From Dehalococcoidia bacterium (GTDB lineage: Bacteria; Chloroflexota; Dehalococcoidia; Plut-88900), in the NCBI GenBank assembly GCA_965197645.1, contig OZ240219.1:288001-352000 (forward strand): a DNA stretch of 64,000 bases, in the 5' to 3' direction. Shown one piece after another: positions 1-10,082 of this stretch; within the stretch, counting starts at the first letter, position 1, and each line of letters starts with the position of its first letter. The position numbers and the translations under genes were made by a program. The notes under the pieces were generated by a model, which had not been told where the DNA came from, made no database searches, and was given only the letters and a program-made list of their open reading frames with translations.

Positions 1-2
1 TG

Positions 3-1184
3 CTGGCTATGACTCGCATGAACCGGGTGTTGGAGGTGGATACGGAGAACATGATCGCGGTTGTTGAGCCCGGTATGTTCAATCTCGATCTGAGCACGGC
101 GGTGGAGGAGTACGGCTTATACTATGCGCCCGACCCCTCCAGCCAAAAGGCCTGCACCATCGGGGGGAACGTGGCCGAGAACGCCGGCGGCCCCCACTGT
201 CTCGCCTACGGTGTCACCACCAACCACGTTCTGGGTCTCGAAGTGGTGCTCGCTGACGGGACGGTAATGTGGGTAGGTGGCAGGAACAGGGACATGCCCG
301 GGTACGATCTGCCGGGGATCATCGTAGGGTCCGAGGGGACTTTCGTCGTAGCTACCAAGGTGATGGTCCGGCTGATGAGGAAACCGGAATCGACCCGGAC
401 GCTGCTGGGCGTTTACGGAGACGTTCAGGAGGCCGTCAATAGCGTATCGGCCATCATAGGCGCCGGTATCGTCCCGGCGGCGCTGGAAATGATCGACAAC
501 CTGATAATCCGGGCCGTGGAGCCGGTGGTCCAGGCAGGGTACCCGTTGGATGCCGAGGCCGTACTGCTGATCGAAGTGGAAGGTCTGGAGGAGGCGGTCG
601 AGGAGGATGCAAAGGCGATTCAGCGGATCTGCCGGGAGAACAGCGCCACCGACGTTCGGCTTGCTGAGGACGACCGGCAGCGAGAGAAGCTGTGGGCAGG
701 ACGGAAAGGGGCCTTCGGTTCGCTGGGGAGGTTCGCCCCCAACTATTACATTCAGGACGGGGTGGTGCCTCGAAGCAAGCTGCCTGAGGTTATGAAGCGG
801 GTGCTGGAGATAGGCAGGGAGTACGATCTTACCATTGCCAACGTATTTCACGCCGGTGACGGCAACCTACACCCCATTATCATCTACGACGAGCGGGAGC
901 CTGGTACAAAGGAAAGGGTGATGGAGGCGGGCAGCAAGGTGATGAAGGCCTGTGTGGAGGTCGGTGGATCGCTCACGGGTGAGCACGGCATAGGTCTGGA
1001 GAAGCAACGGTTCATGCCCTGGGTGTTCACCGACCAGGACCTGGACGCGATGCGCAGGCTGCGTGCCGCCTTTTCATCGGAGGGGCTGTTCAATCCGGGC
1101 AAGATATTCCCCGACGAGGCGCGACCCGAGGAGTCCTGGCGCATTCCCTCGCTGGCCAACGTGGGCGCAGACATGCCGATCTAG
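3..1184 (+). CDS. glcD: Glycolate oxidase FAD-linked subunit GlcD (5' truncated by window edge)
   Basis: PDPSS-x-ACTIGGNVAENAGG, GSEGT, HAGDGNLHP, GEHGIG and NPGK motifs; first gene of D-E-F cluster. Confidence 0.88.
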   Translation: MAMTRMNRVLEVDTENMIAVVEPGMFNLDLSTAVEEYGLYYAPDPSSQKACTIGGNVAENAGGPHCLAYGVTTNHVLGLEVVLADGTVMWVGGRNRDMPGYDLPGIIVGSEGTFVVATKVMVRLMRKPESTRTLLGVYGDVQEAVNSVSAIIGAGIVPAALEMIDNLIIRAVEPVVQAGYPLDAEAVLLIEVEGLEEAVEEDAKAIQRICRENSATDVRLAEDDRQREKLWAGRKGAFGSLGRFAPNYYIQDGVVPRSKLPEVMKRVLEIGREYDLTIANVFHAGDGNLHPIIIYDEREPGTKERVMEAGSKVMKACVEVGGSLTGEHGIGLEKQRFMPWVFTDQDLDAMRRLRAAFSSEGLFNPGKIFPDEARPEESWRIPSLANVGADMPI

Positions 1185-1193
1185 GAGCCGCCG

Positions 1194-2537
1194 ATGCCGA
1201 GAGCCAAGGGCCTGGATAGGGCGGTGGCCGGACTGCCCGGCGCTCGTAAGATAACCCAATCTTCTGGGCTGTCGGATTACTCTGTCGATGGCTGCGCCCC
1301 GGAGGTGGTCGCTTTCCCCAATACCGTCGAGGAGATGAGCACTCTACTTGCAGCAGCGGAAAGTGAGGGCAAGACGGTGGTGCCGTGGGGTGGGGGGACG
1401 CATATGGGACTGGGGAACCTGGTAACGGGGGTGGACGTGGTGGTCGGGGCCTCCCGGTTGAACCGCATCGTCGAGCACGAGCCGGCGGATCTCACGGTTG
1501 TGGTGGAGGGAGGGACACTTCTGGACGTGCTTCAAAACGATCTGGCCGAACGAGGCCAGTTTCTGCCCCTAGACCCTCCTCGCGCCGCCGAAGCGACCAT
1601 CGGAGGCATTCTGGCCGGTAACGCCAGCGGCCCCCGCCGAGCTTTCTTCGGAACGGCCCGAGACAGGCTGATCGGCATCAAGGTAGTCCACGCCAACGGG
1701 GAAGTGACCAAGGGCGGCGGCAAGGTGGTGAAGAACGTCACCGGCTACGATATGAACAAGCTGTACACGGGCTCCCTGGGTACGCTGGGGATAATAGTCC
1801 AGGCGGCCTTCAAGGTGGCTCCCCTCCCCAAAGAGTACCGGACCCTGCTGCTACCCTGTCCCTCGGCGGAGGTAGCCGTTGCTTTGGCGTTGGAGACGCC
1901 CAAACGAGGATTCCAGCCCCTGGCCCTACAGGTGCTCGATGCCAGAGCCGCCTCACCAAAACTGGCGGCTCTGGCAGAAGCCCGGTCTCCATACGTTCTC
2001 GCCGTCGAGCTGGGGGGAACACCGGCGGCGGTGGGCAGGCAGGAGAAGGAGATAGGAGCGCTGAGCCGGGAGTGGTCCATCGAAGTACAGTCGATATCCG
2101 ACGTCGCGGAGTCCACAGATCTGTGGACGGCCATCAGAGACCTGGGCCGGGAAGAGTCTCGGCCGGCGACTATGATCGTCAAGACTACGTCGCTGCCGAC
2201 GCAGACAGGTCGTATCATCGAAGGGATCGAGTCCATTGGCGAGAAAGCCGAGCTGGACCACGCGTTGCAGTCCAACGTGACCAACGGTGTCACCCACAGC
2301 TGCTGGTGGAGCGATAACGGCTCCATCGATGCGCTGCAAAACGTCGTGGGCGAGATTCGCAGCCTGGCGCATAAAGCCGGCGGGCACGGCGTCGTAGAGG
2401 TGTGTCCCGTCGAGCTGAAGCAGCGGATCGATGTCTGGGGTTTCGATGGGCCGGAGCTTACATTGATGAAGAAGATCAAGGAGCAGTTCGATCCCCATGG
2501 AACCCTGAACCCGGGCAGGTTCGTGGGCGGGATCTAG
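1194..2537 (+). CDS. glcE: Glycolate oxidase FAD-binding subunit GlcE
   Basis: HEPADLTV, ATIGG, GGKVVKNVTGYD, GSLGTLG, DPxGxLNPGRF. Confidence 0.88.
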   Translation: MPRAKGLDRAVAGLPGARKITQSSGLSDYSVDGCAPEVVAFPNTVEEMSTLLAAAESEGKTVVPWGGGTHMGLGNLVTGVDVVVGASRLNRIVEHEPADLTVVVEGGTLLDVLQNDLAERGQFLPLDPPRAAEATIGGILAGNASGPRRAFFGTARDRLIGIKVVHANGEVTKGGGKVVKNVTGYDMNKLYTGSLGTLGIIVQAAFKVAPLPKEYRTLLLPCPSAEVAVALALETPKRGFQPLALQVLDARAASPKLAALAEARSPYVLAVELGGTPAAVGRQEKEIGALSREWSIEVQSISDVAESTDLWTAIRDLGREESRPATMIVKTTSLPTQTGRIIEGIESIGEKAELDHALQSNVTNGVTHSCWWSDNGSIDALQNVVGEIRSLAHKAGGHGVVEVCPVELKQRIDVWGFDGPELTLMKKIKEQFDPHGTLNPGRFVGGI

Positions 2538-2541
2538 TCCG

Positions 2542-3882
2542 ATGGCAAAGGCTAAACAACAAACTACGCTGGGCCTGGCAGACCTGGGCTTGGACGCCGG
2601 CGTCAACGAGAAAGAGCTGTACAAGTGTGTTCACTGCGGGCTGTGCTTGAGTTCGTGTCCCACCTATCTGGAGCTGGGACTGGAGACCGAGTCTCCCCGG
2701 GGCCGCCTGGCCCTGATGAAGGCGGTGAACGAGGGGCGAGCCGAGTATACGGACCGGCTGGTAGGGCACATGGAGCTGTGCCTCCTGTGCCGGGCGTGTG
2801 AAGCGGCGTGCCCGTCCCAGGTGCCCTTTGGGAGCTTGATGGCGGATACCCGGGCCAATATTCAAAACAGGACCGACGGTCCCCGGTTGGGCAGCCAGAT
2901 TCAAGACCTGGCGTTCAAACACCTGCTGCCCCACAAGAGGCGGCTGGCGCTGGCGTTCAGGCTGGCCCGCATCTACCAGGATTCCGGTTTGCAGCGATGG
3001 GTGCGAAAGTCGGGGCTACTGAGCATGGTCCCCTCCAAGCTGGCCGAGATGGAATCGGCCATGCCTCCCCTGCCAGAGAGGTTCTTCCCACCGTCCAACA
3101 TGGATTTCTTCCCGGCAATGGGCAACGCCAGAGCAGTCGTTGGTTTCTTCTCCGGTTGTATCATGCCTCTGACCTTCGGGCACGTAAACGCCGCCACGAT
3201 GCGAGTGTTGTCCAGAAATGGCTGTGACGTAGTGATCCCCTCGGCACAGGGGTGTTGCGCCGCTCTGAACCACCACGGCGGGGAGAAAGAGGCGGCCGGC
3301 GAGATGGCCAAACGGAACATCGACGCCTTCGAGGCTGCGGGAGTGGACGCGGTGATCGTAAACTCGGCCGGGTGTGGCGCGATGCTGAAGGAGTACAGCG
3401 AGTTACTGGAGGGTGAACCGGACTACGCGCAAAGGGCGAAATCCTTCGTAGGAAAGGTCAAGGACATCAGCGAGTTCCTCTCCGAGCTATCCATCGACGC
3501 CAACATGGGGCGCATAGACAAACGAGCGACGTACCAGGACTCGTGCCACCTAGCCCACGCCCAGCGGATCAAGGACCAACCCAGAGAACTGATGGGCATG
3601 ATCCCCGGCCTGGAGCTGATCGAGATGCCTGGCTCGGACAGATGCTGCGGCGCTGCCGGGGTGTACCAGATAACCCAGCGGGAGATGTCGTACCGGCTGT
3701 TGCAGAGCAAGATGGACGATGTAACGTCGACGCGCGCCGATCTTGTGGTCACGGCCAACCCTGGATGCATGATCCAGCTCGACTCCGGGTTGCGGGAGCG
3801 AGGTGTTCCCGGAAGGTCCTTCCACGTCATCGAGCTGCTGGACTGGGCCTACGCCCTCGCTGACACGAATAGCTCGGAGTAG
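2542..3882 (+). CDS. glcF: Glycolate oxidase Fe-S subunit GlcF
   Basis: CVHCGLCLSSCPTY, CLLCRACEAACPS and two CCG domains. Confidence 0.9.
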   Translation: MAKAKQQTTLGLADLGLDAGVNEKELYKCVHCGLCLSSCPTYLELGLETESPRGRLALMKAVNEGRAEYTDRLVGHMELCLLCRACEAACPSQVPFGSLMADTRANIQNRTDGPRLGSQIQDLAFKHLLPHKRRLALAFRLARIYQDSGLQRWVRKSGLLSMVPSKLAEMESAMPPLPERFFPPSNMDFFPAMGNARAVVGFFSGCIMPLTFGHVNAATMRVLSRNGCDVVIPSAQGCCAALNHHGGEKEAAGEMAKRNIDAFEAAGVDAVIVNSAGCGAMLKEYSELLEGEPDYAQRAKSFVGKVKDISEFLSELSIDANMGRIDKRATYQDSCHLAHAQRIKDQPRELMGMIPGLELIEMPGSDRCCGAAGVYQITQREMSYRLLQSKMDDVTSTRADLVVTANPGCMIQLDSGLRERGVPGRSFHVIELLDWAYALADTNSSE

Positions 3883-3940
3883 AGGCCCCACAGGTCGTTC
3901 AGGCTCACACGCGCGGCCGTACGACCCCAAGAGGTGAAGA

Positions 3941-5128
3941 CTACGCTTCGGTGTAGGTCCGGCTGGCGGCCCCGACTCCCGCCGACGCGGGGACCTCATA
4001 GCCCTGAGCGAGGAGAATCTTCTCCAGGGCAGAGAGCGCCAACAGCACGTTGCTGGCCTGGGAGGAGTAGCCCATCAGGCCCACTCTCATGGCTCTGCCC
4101 TTGAACTGGCCCAAGCCTCCGCCGGTCTCGATCTTGTAATCGTTCATCAGGGCGCTGCGGACCTGGTCGGCGTCGATGCCGTCGGGCATGAGCACACCGT
4201 GTACGGTGTCCGATCTGCAGTCCTCGGAGGCGATCAACTCGAGGCCCATGGCCTCCAGTCCGGCCCGGAAGGCCGAACCGTTCAGGTGATGCCGGGCAAA
4301 GCTGTTTTCCAGCCCCTCTTCGTCAACGATTCGCAGCGACTCTCGCAGGGCGTAGACCATGTTGGCTGGAACGGTGTGGTGGTACTTGCGACCGCTTACC
4401 CAGTACTCGTCCAGCATGGTCAGGTCCAGGTACCAGCTTCGGGGCTTCTGCTGCCGGGATTTCAATGCCTGGGCGGCCTGATCGCTGAGGGTTATGGGAG
4501 CAAGGCCGGGAGGACAGCTGAGACACTTCTGACTGCCGCTGTAGCATACGTCTATTCCCCAACCATCGACGGCAACGTTGTGGCCACCCATGGAAGCGAC
4601 AGTGTCCACCAGGAACATGGCTCCGTGGTCACGAGCCACCCGGCCGATCTCCTCCAGGGGCTGAAGGGTGCCGGTGGAGGTCTCGCAGTGGACCAGGGCC
4701 ACTACCTTGGCCTCAGGGTGCTGCTTCAACGCCTCCTCCACCTGCTCGGGCTGGACCACCTGGCCCCAATCGGTCTCGACGGTTACGACGTTGGCCTCGG
4801 CACGCAGGGAGATCTCGGCGAGACGGGCGCCGAAGAAACCGGACACGCCAACGACTACTGTATCACCGGGCTCCAGGGAGTTGTAGATCGCCGCCTCCAT
4901 TCCCGCCGAGCCGGTGCCGGAGAGGGTCAGTGTAAGCTCGTTGCGGGTCTGGAACATCTGCTTGAGCAGGTCGACGGTGTCGTCCATGATCTGCCACATG
5001 TCGGGGTCCATGTGGCTGAGGGTCGGGCTGGCCATGGCCTTGTAGACCCTGGGATGGACGCTGCTGGGGCCGGGGCCCAGTAAGGTCTTGGGAGAAGGCT
5101 CGATGTAGTCGGTCGAGGGCCGGGGCAT
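3941..5128 (-). CDS. Alanine-glyoxylate / serine-pyruvate aminotransferase (class V PLP)
   Basis: LLGPGPS, HCETSTG, DTVAS, SGSQKCL PLP-lysine, YHHT. Confidence 0.9.
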   Translation of the reverse strand: MPRPSTDYIEPSPKTLLGPGPSSVHPRVYKAMASPTLSHMDPDMWQIMDDTVDLLKQMFQTRNELTLTLSGTGSAGMEAAIYNSLEPGDTVVVGVSGFFGARLAEISLRAEANVVTVETDWGQVVQPEQVEEALKQHPEAKVVALVHCETSTGTLQPLEEIGRVARDHGAMFLVDTVASMGGHNVAVDGWGIDVCYSGSQKCLSCPPGLAPITLSDQAAQALKSRQQKPRSWYLDLTMLDEYWVSGRKYHHTVPANMVYALRESLRIVDEEGLENSFARHHLNGSAFRAGLEAMGLELIASEDCRSDTVHGVLMPDGIDADQVRSALMNDYKIETGGGLGQFKGRAMRVGLMGYSSQASNVLLALSALEKILLAQGYEVPASAGVGAASRTYTEA

Positions 5129-5369
5129 GACTTCCTCCTCGTCATGAGGTTCCTGAGATTACGATTTCGATGTTGAATATTCGCCGGTGGAGGTTCTTGG
5201 TCGCAATCGCCGTATGAACCTAGTCCCGGGTGGTTTCAGCCCTGCCGCCCACCTCGCCTGTCGTCCGCAAACTCCTTGCTCCAAGCTTGCCCTCGCAGCA
5301 ATCGCGGCGAGGGGGAAAAGCGAGGGTAGTGTAGCAACGGGTCTGGGTGTAGTCAACGTGGGAGAGGCT

Positions 5370-6032
5370 TTAGCCACCGTCCAGCAGCGAGTAGTCGAAG
5401 GCGAGCAGGGAGTCGATGCGGATATCGGCTTCCGATAGGTCCAGGTCCCTGGTCAGAGGAGTTACAACGGCGACCACCTTCATTCCAGCGCTCTTGCCGG
5501 CGCTGATGCCGTGGGGTGAGTCCTCGATGACCAGGCACCGGGCCGGGTCGACGCCCAATCTTCGCGCCGCGGTGAGGAATATCTCCGGGTCCGGCTTACC
5601 ATTGGTTACCATTTCGCCCGATACGATTGTCTCGAATTTGTCCTGGACGCCCAGGGTGGTCAGCAGCGCCTCCACCCAGTTGCCCTGGGAGGACGAAGCC
5701 AGCCCCAGCTTCAGCCCCCGGGCTTTGACGCCATCCAGAAGCTCGTAGACGCCGGGCGAAGCCTCGACCCGTCGTCGCAGGTTGTCGACTATGATGGAGT
5801 CGTACCTGGCGACCCAGTCCTCGAGGCTGCCCTCCAGCCCAAACCGGTCGATGATCCATCTCCAGGAGTACTCGACGGTGGTGCCGAGGATCTGGGCATT
5901 GTCCTCATCGGTCAGGGCGTAGCCATGCTCACTGAGCACCTGGTTCAGAGAGTCCTGGTAGATAGGCTCACTGTCGGACAATACGCCGTCCATATCGAAG
6001 ATGACGGCCTGTATCGGTTTCGACGTTTCCAT
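5370..6032 (-). CDS. HAD-family phosphatase (HAD-IA, beta-PGM/Gph-like)
   Basis: FDMDGVL, LASSS, KPDPEIF, IEDSxxG; start placed at METSK ATG. Confidence 0.88.
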   Translation of the reverse strand: METSKPIQAVIFDMDGVLSDSEPIYQDSLNQVLSEHGYALTDEDNAQILGTTVEYSWRWIIDRFGLEGSLEDWVARYDSIIVDNLRRRVEASPGVYELLDGVKARGLKLGLASSSQGNWVEALLTTLGVQDKFETIVSGEMVTNGKPDPEIFLTAARRLGVDPARCLVIEDSPHGISAGKSAGMKVVAVVTPLTRDLDLSEADIRIDSLLAFDYSLLDGG

Positions 6033-6233
6033 TGGTGAATTCCGGCCAAGTCTAGCACCCGATCCCGAATCGACAAAGTTGTGCGAGTTCTTCGAAACGC
6101 GGTCCCACCAGCTCGCCACGAACTAGCGATTGAGTTCGTTGACAGGCCTGCGCGGCAGAACGTAAGGTAGAAATCGATTGAATTCTTAGGTCCGCAGGCC
6201 GGATCGCAGCCATCGCCAGATCGAAGCCATTTA

Positions 6234-7094
6234 ATGTTTCCCGTATCAGACCCCGGACTTCCCACCAAGCAGTTCCCGATCGTCAACGTCACCCTGATCG
6301 GCATCTGCATCCTGGTTTTCCTGTACGAGTTTACCCTAGACGATTTCCATCTCACCAGGCTGTTCAACAACTACGGGCTGGTCCCCTACGAAATAAGCGG
6401 GAAGGGCGACCTCTCTGAGCTGATCCAGGTAGGGAAGCGCACCCGAGATTTGACTCCTATCATGGAAATCGAAGGGGTGCCGGGGATGCTGGTCCAACAC
6501 GCCACCGGTTCAGGGTTTACGGACGGGATCCCTTTCCGTGACATTAGGGACGTCTACGAGGGCGGGCCTCCAACGGTTTGGCTGACCCTCTTCACGTCGA
6601 TGTTCCTACACGGCGGTTGGATGCACCTCATAGGGAACATGGTCTTCCTGTGGGTCTTCGGCGACAACATCGAGGATCGGTTGGGCAGGTTCAAGTACCT
6701 GGTCTTCTACGCGATATGCGGGCTGTTCGCGGCCGCCTTCCAGCTTGTATCCAACCTGATCAGGGTGGACCTGGAATCGGGGATTCCGATGGTGGGCGCC
6801 AGCGGGGCTATCGCCGGTGTGCTGGGCGCTTACTTCGTTCTACATCCCAAGTCCCAGATCAGGACCGTCATCTTCTTCTTCTTGATTACCCTGATACATC
6901 TACCCGCCTGGCTGCTGATAGGTATCTGGATACTCATGCAGTTCTTCAATGCCGTCGGGTCCTTGGGCGGCGACTTCGCCGGGGGCGTAGCCTACTGGGC
7001 CCACGTGGGAGGGTTTGTAGCCGGACTGCTGATCCTGTCTGCGTTTCTCGGAGTGTCAGGAGTGAGGCACCGGTTCGCCGGACACATACCGTGA
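6234..7094 (+). CDS. Rhomboid intramembrane serine protease
   Basis: TSMFLHGGWMHLIGNM, GASGA catalytic Ser, AYWAHVGG catalytic His. Confidence 0.93.
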   Translation: MFPVSDPGLPTKQFPIVNVTLIGICILVFLYEFTLDDFHLTRLFNNYGLVPYEISGKGDLSELIQVGKRTRDLTPIMEIEGVPGMLVQHATGSGFTDGIPFRDIRDVYEGGPPTVWLTLFTSMFLHGGWMHLIGNMVFLWVFGDNIEDRLGRFKYLVFYAICGLFAAAFQLVSNLIRVDLESGIPMVGASGAIAGVLGAYFVLHPKSQIRTVIFFFLITLIHLPAWLLIGIWILMQFFNAVGSLGGDFAGGVAYWAHVGGFVAGLLILSAFLGVSGVRHRFAGHIP

Positions 7095-7118
7095 CGAGCT
7101 TGGTTAACAGGAGAACCC

Positions 7119-8543
7119 ATGATGCACTTCAATCGTTTGCACAACCGCTTTCTCAGCAGGTTCCCATCGCTTGAAGGCAAGAGAAGGACGGCAGAAGCGT
7201 CCCTGGTCGTTCTGCTGGGCATGCTGGCATCCCTGGGACTAATGGAATGCGGCAGCGGAGAGCCGCCTACCCCAACACCGGATAGCCTCATGAGCTCAGT
7301 CACCGATCTGTGGCCGGAATGCAACGGGGAGTTCTGGAGCCAAGCAGATGAAGATCAAGTTCAAGCCGAGTTGGATGCAGGGTTGGCGATTGATGCCGGG
7401 GTCACAGACAACTCAACACCGCTACATTGCGCGGCTGCGCTCAGTCCCAATCCAGGAGTAGTTGGATTGTTGCTCTACCGAGGGGCAGACATAGAGGCGC
7501 AGTCCGATAGTGGTATGACCCCATTACATAGCGCCGCAAGGTTCAACAGTAACCCCGCCGTGGTCGGACTGTTGCTCCGCAGAGGGGCGAACATCGAGGC
7601 AAGGGCCTTCTCCGATGACAAAACGCCCTTGTCGGTCGTCGCTCATTACACACCCTTGCACTTCGCCGCCCAGTACAACACCAACCCGGAGGTAACTGGA
7701 CTGTTGCTGGACAGAGGCGCAGACATACAAGCGCAGGGCTCTTTTGACAGAACGCCCCTGCATGAGGCCGCACGGTCCAACAGCAACCCTGAAGTTGTCG
7801 AGTTGCTGCTGGATAGAGGCGCAGACATAGCAGAGCGGGGCGCTTATGACCAAACGCCTCTGCACAGCGCCGCACTTAACGGCAACCCTGAGGTTATCGA
7901 GTTGCTACTGGATAGAGGCGCAGACATAGCAGAGCGAGACGCTTACGACCAAACGCCTCTGCACAGCGCCGCTGGATACAACAGCAACCCTGAGGTTATC
8001 GAGTTGCTACTGGAAAGAGGCGCAGACGTAGCGTCGCAAAGCGTTTTTGACCATACGCCTCTGCACTTCGCCGCTGCATCCAACAGTAACCCTGAAGTTA
8101 TTGAGCTATTGCTCGAAGAAGGCGCAGTCATAGCGTCGCGGGACCATATAGGCCAAACGCCTCTGCACTTCGCCGCTGGACACAACGACAACCCTGAAGT
8201 TATTGGTCTATTGCTCGAAGAAGGCGCAGTCATAGCATCGAGGAGCTATGACGGCGAAACGCCACTGCATGAGGCCGCCAAATACAACGACCATCCTGAA
8301 GTTATTGAGCTATTGCTCGAAGAGGGCGCAGACATAGCGTCGCGGGACGATAAAGGTGAAACACCCCTGCATGAGGCCGCCGCACGGTATGACGACAACC
8401 CTGAAGTTGTCGAGTTTCTGCTCAAGCATGGAGCGGACGTCAACGCGCGGGACACCAACGGCGAAACTCCTCTGGACCTTGCCGTAGCGGAGAATAACTC
8501 TGAGGTAATCGAGATGTTGCAGGCCTACGGATCGGGTCAGTAG
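7119..8543 (+). CDS. Ankyrin-repeat protein (11 repeats), probably exported or membrane-anchored
   Basis: 11 TPLH/TPLD..AA..N-PEVIELLL.GA repeats of ~34 aa; hydrophobic N-terminal segment followed by Cys and a PT linker; start codon uncertain. Confidence 0.9.
   Translation: MMHFNRLHNRFLSRFPSLEGKRRTAEASLVVLLGMLASLGLMECGSGEPPTPTPDSLMSSVTDLWPECNGEFWSQADEDQVQAELDAGLAIDAGVTDNSTPLHCAAALSPNPGVVGLLLYRGADIEAQSDSGMTPLHSAARFNSNPAVVGLLLRRGANIEARAFSDDKTPLSVVAHYTPLHFAAQYNTNPEVTGLLLDRGADIQAQGSFDRTPLHEAARSNSNPEVVELLLDRGADIAERGAYDQTPLHSAALNGNPEVIELLLDRGADIAERDAYDQTPLHSAAGYNSNPEVIELLLERGADVASQSVFDHTPLHFAAASNSNPEVIELLLEEGAVIASRDHIGQTPLHFAAGHNDNPEVIGLLLEEGAVIASRSYDGETPLHEAAKYNDHPEVIELLLEEGADIASRDDKGETPLHEAAARYDDNPEVVEFLLKHGADVNARDTNGETPLDLAVAENNSEVIEMLQAYGSGQ
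7410..8520 (+). repeat. Tandem ~102-bp coding repeats of the ankyrin gene
   Basis: Recurrent ACGCCTCTGCAC...AACCCTGA(A/G)GTTAT...GAGGCGCAGACATAG units. Confidence 0.85.
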
Positions 8544-8738
8544 TCTTCTTCGATCTACTGGCGCCAGGTAACAACGCGTCATCAGCCACCTCTGGATCAT
8601 GGCGCGCACCTTGGACACCCTGGTGCCGCCCGTACCTTGAAGGAGTCGCGAATGTTGGGCAGAATGAAACATGCCCAACCGCTTCGAGTGTGATAACATT
8701 CTCTCATATCTACCACTAATACCTCCGGAGGTGACGCC

Positions 8739-9899
8739 GTGGCGGGATGCTTGAGCGGTATTCGAGTGTTGGAGCTGGCCCGTTACCAGGCCGGCCCAAG
8801 GGCAGGGATGCTCATGTCCGACATGGGCGCCGAGGTAATAAAGCTGGAGAAGGTGGGAGGAGAGGAGACCCGGGCCCACGCTCCCCTGGTCAACGGCACC
8901 AGTGTCTACTTCACCGTGTACAACCGCGGGAAGAAGAGCATCACGTTGAACATGCGCTCCCAGGAGGGCAAGGATATCTTTACCGACCTGGTCAAGACCG
9001 CCGACGTGGTGCTGGAAAACTTCAGGCCAGGGGTCATAGCCAAGATGGGGTTTGGTTACGACGTGCTGAAGGGCATCAAAGAGGACATCATACTGACCTC
9101 GGTGTCCGGGTTCGGGCAGTACGGACCGTATCGCGACAGGCCCGCCTTCGACCCCATTGGGCAGGCGATGTCGGGATTGATGGAGATCACCGGCCTCCAC
9201 GAAGGCCACCCGATACTCACCGGCTCGCCGATCATCGATAGGATAACGTCGCTGCACGCCTGCATCGGCACCCTGGGAGCGATAATTCATCGAAACGCCA
9301 CCGGAGAGGGGCAGGTAATCGACGTGAGCCTGCTCGATACGGGCGTCACCCTCACGGAGATTCCCATCTCCCATCATATGGGCACCGGCGCCGATGCCGA
9401 GGACTACTACGGGTCCGTTTACAAGGCCAAGGACGGCTACGTGACCATTCCTGCGGCCTCGAGAACCATCTGGACGCGGATATTCATCGCCATGGGTAGG
9501 CACGAGTTGGCAGAAGACCCGGAGATTCTGGGCAACGGGTCCTCCAACGAGGCGAAGGACAGGCGTTTGGACATCCTGCGGGAGTGGGTGGCCGATACCT
9601 CGGTGGCGGAGATTACGGACAAGCTGGTCATCGCGGAGGTGCCGGTGGGACCGGTCCAGACTGTGCCACAGATGGCCCGGGACCCTCACCTCAAAGCGAG
9701 GGAGATGATGGTGGAGGTGCCCACGGAGGACGGCAAGGGCACCATCATGGCGCCCGGCTTGACCATAAAGTTCTCGAAGACGATGGGCACGGTGGAAAAG
9801 GTCCCGGCGGCGGGGGAACATACGAAGGAGATTCTCGGCGGGCTGCTGAACTTCGATGACGAAAAGCTGGAGGAGCTGAGGGCGGAAGGGGTAATATAG
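8739..9899 (+). CDS. CaiB/BaiF family III CoA-transferase
   Basis: LSGIRVLEL, GAEVIKLE, NRGKKSI, ENFRPG, SGFGQYGP, catalytic Asp in AFD. Confidence 0.92.
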   Translation: MAGCLSGIRVLELARYQAGPRAGMLMSDMGAEVIKLEKVGGEETRAHAPLVNGTSVYFTVYNRGKKSITLNMRSQEGKDIFTDLVKTADVVLENFRPGVIAKMGFGYDVLKGIKEDIILTSVSGFGQYGPYRDRPAFDPIGQAMSGLMEITGLHEGHPILTGSPIIDRITSLHACIGTLGAIIHRNATGEGQVIDVSLLDTGVTLTEIPISHHMGTGADAEDYYGSVYKAKDGYVTIPAASRTIWTRIFIAMGRHELAEDPEILGNGSSNEAKDRRLDILREWVADTSVAEITDKLVIAEVPVGPVQTVPQMARDPHLKAREMMVEVPTEDGKGTIMAPGLTIKFSKTMGTVEKVPAAGEHTKEILGGLLNFDDEKLEELRAEGVI

Positions 9900-10082
9900 G
9901 CCCCGTTCGCTGGGCTGTAACTCTTCGTCCTCAACGGAATCGGGGTATACGCGTAACGGCCTACCCAGGCCTGTCGGGAGTTTCGATGAGTGCCCCGATG
10001 CTACAAAGCCCACGAGGGCCACGCCAGCGGACGCCAGGAACAAGTTGCGTTCATGTCGAATAGAGGAAAAAGGACCGTACAC

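Noticed and set aside
5130-5350. Possible glycine riboswitch upstream of the aminotransferase (AATCTCAGG on minus strand)
   Set aside because: Missing the GGAGA and GCCGAAG core motifs; only a short match
7410-8520. Regularly spaced repeats as a possible CRISPR array or DGR target
   Set aside because: Repeats are in-frame ankyrin units; no spacers, cas genes or reverse transcriptase in the window
8310-10082. 590-aa minus-strand ORF
   Set aside because: Antisense to the CoA-transferase and ankyrin genes; no recognisable domain
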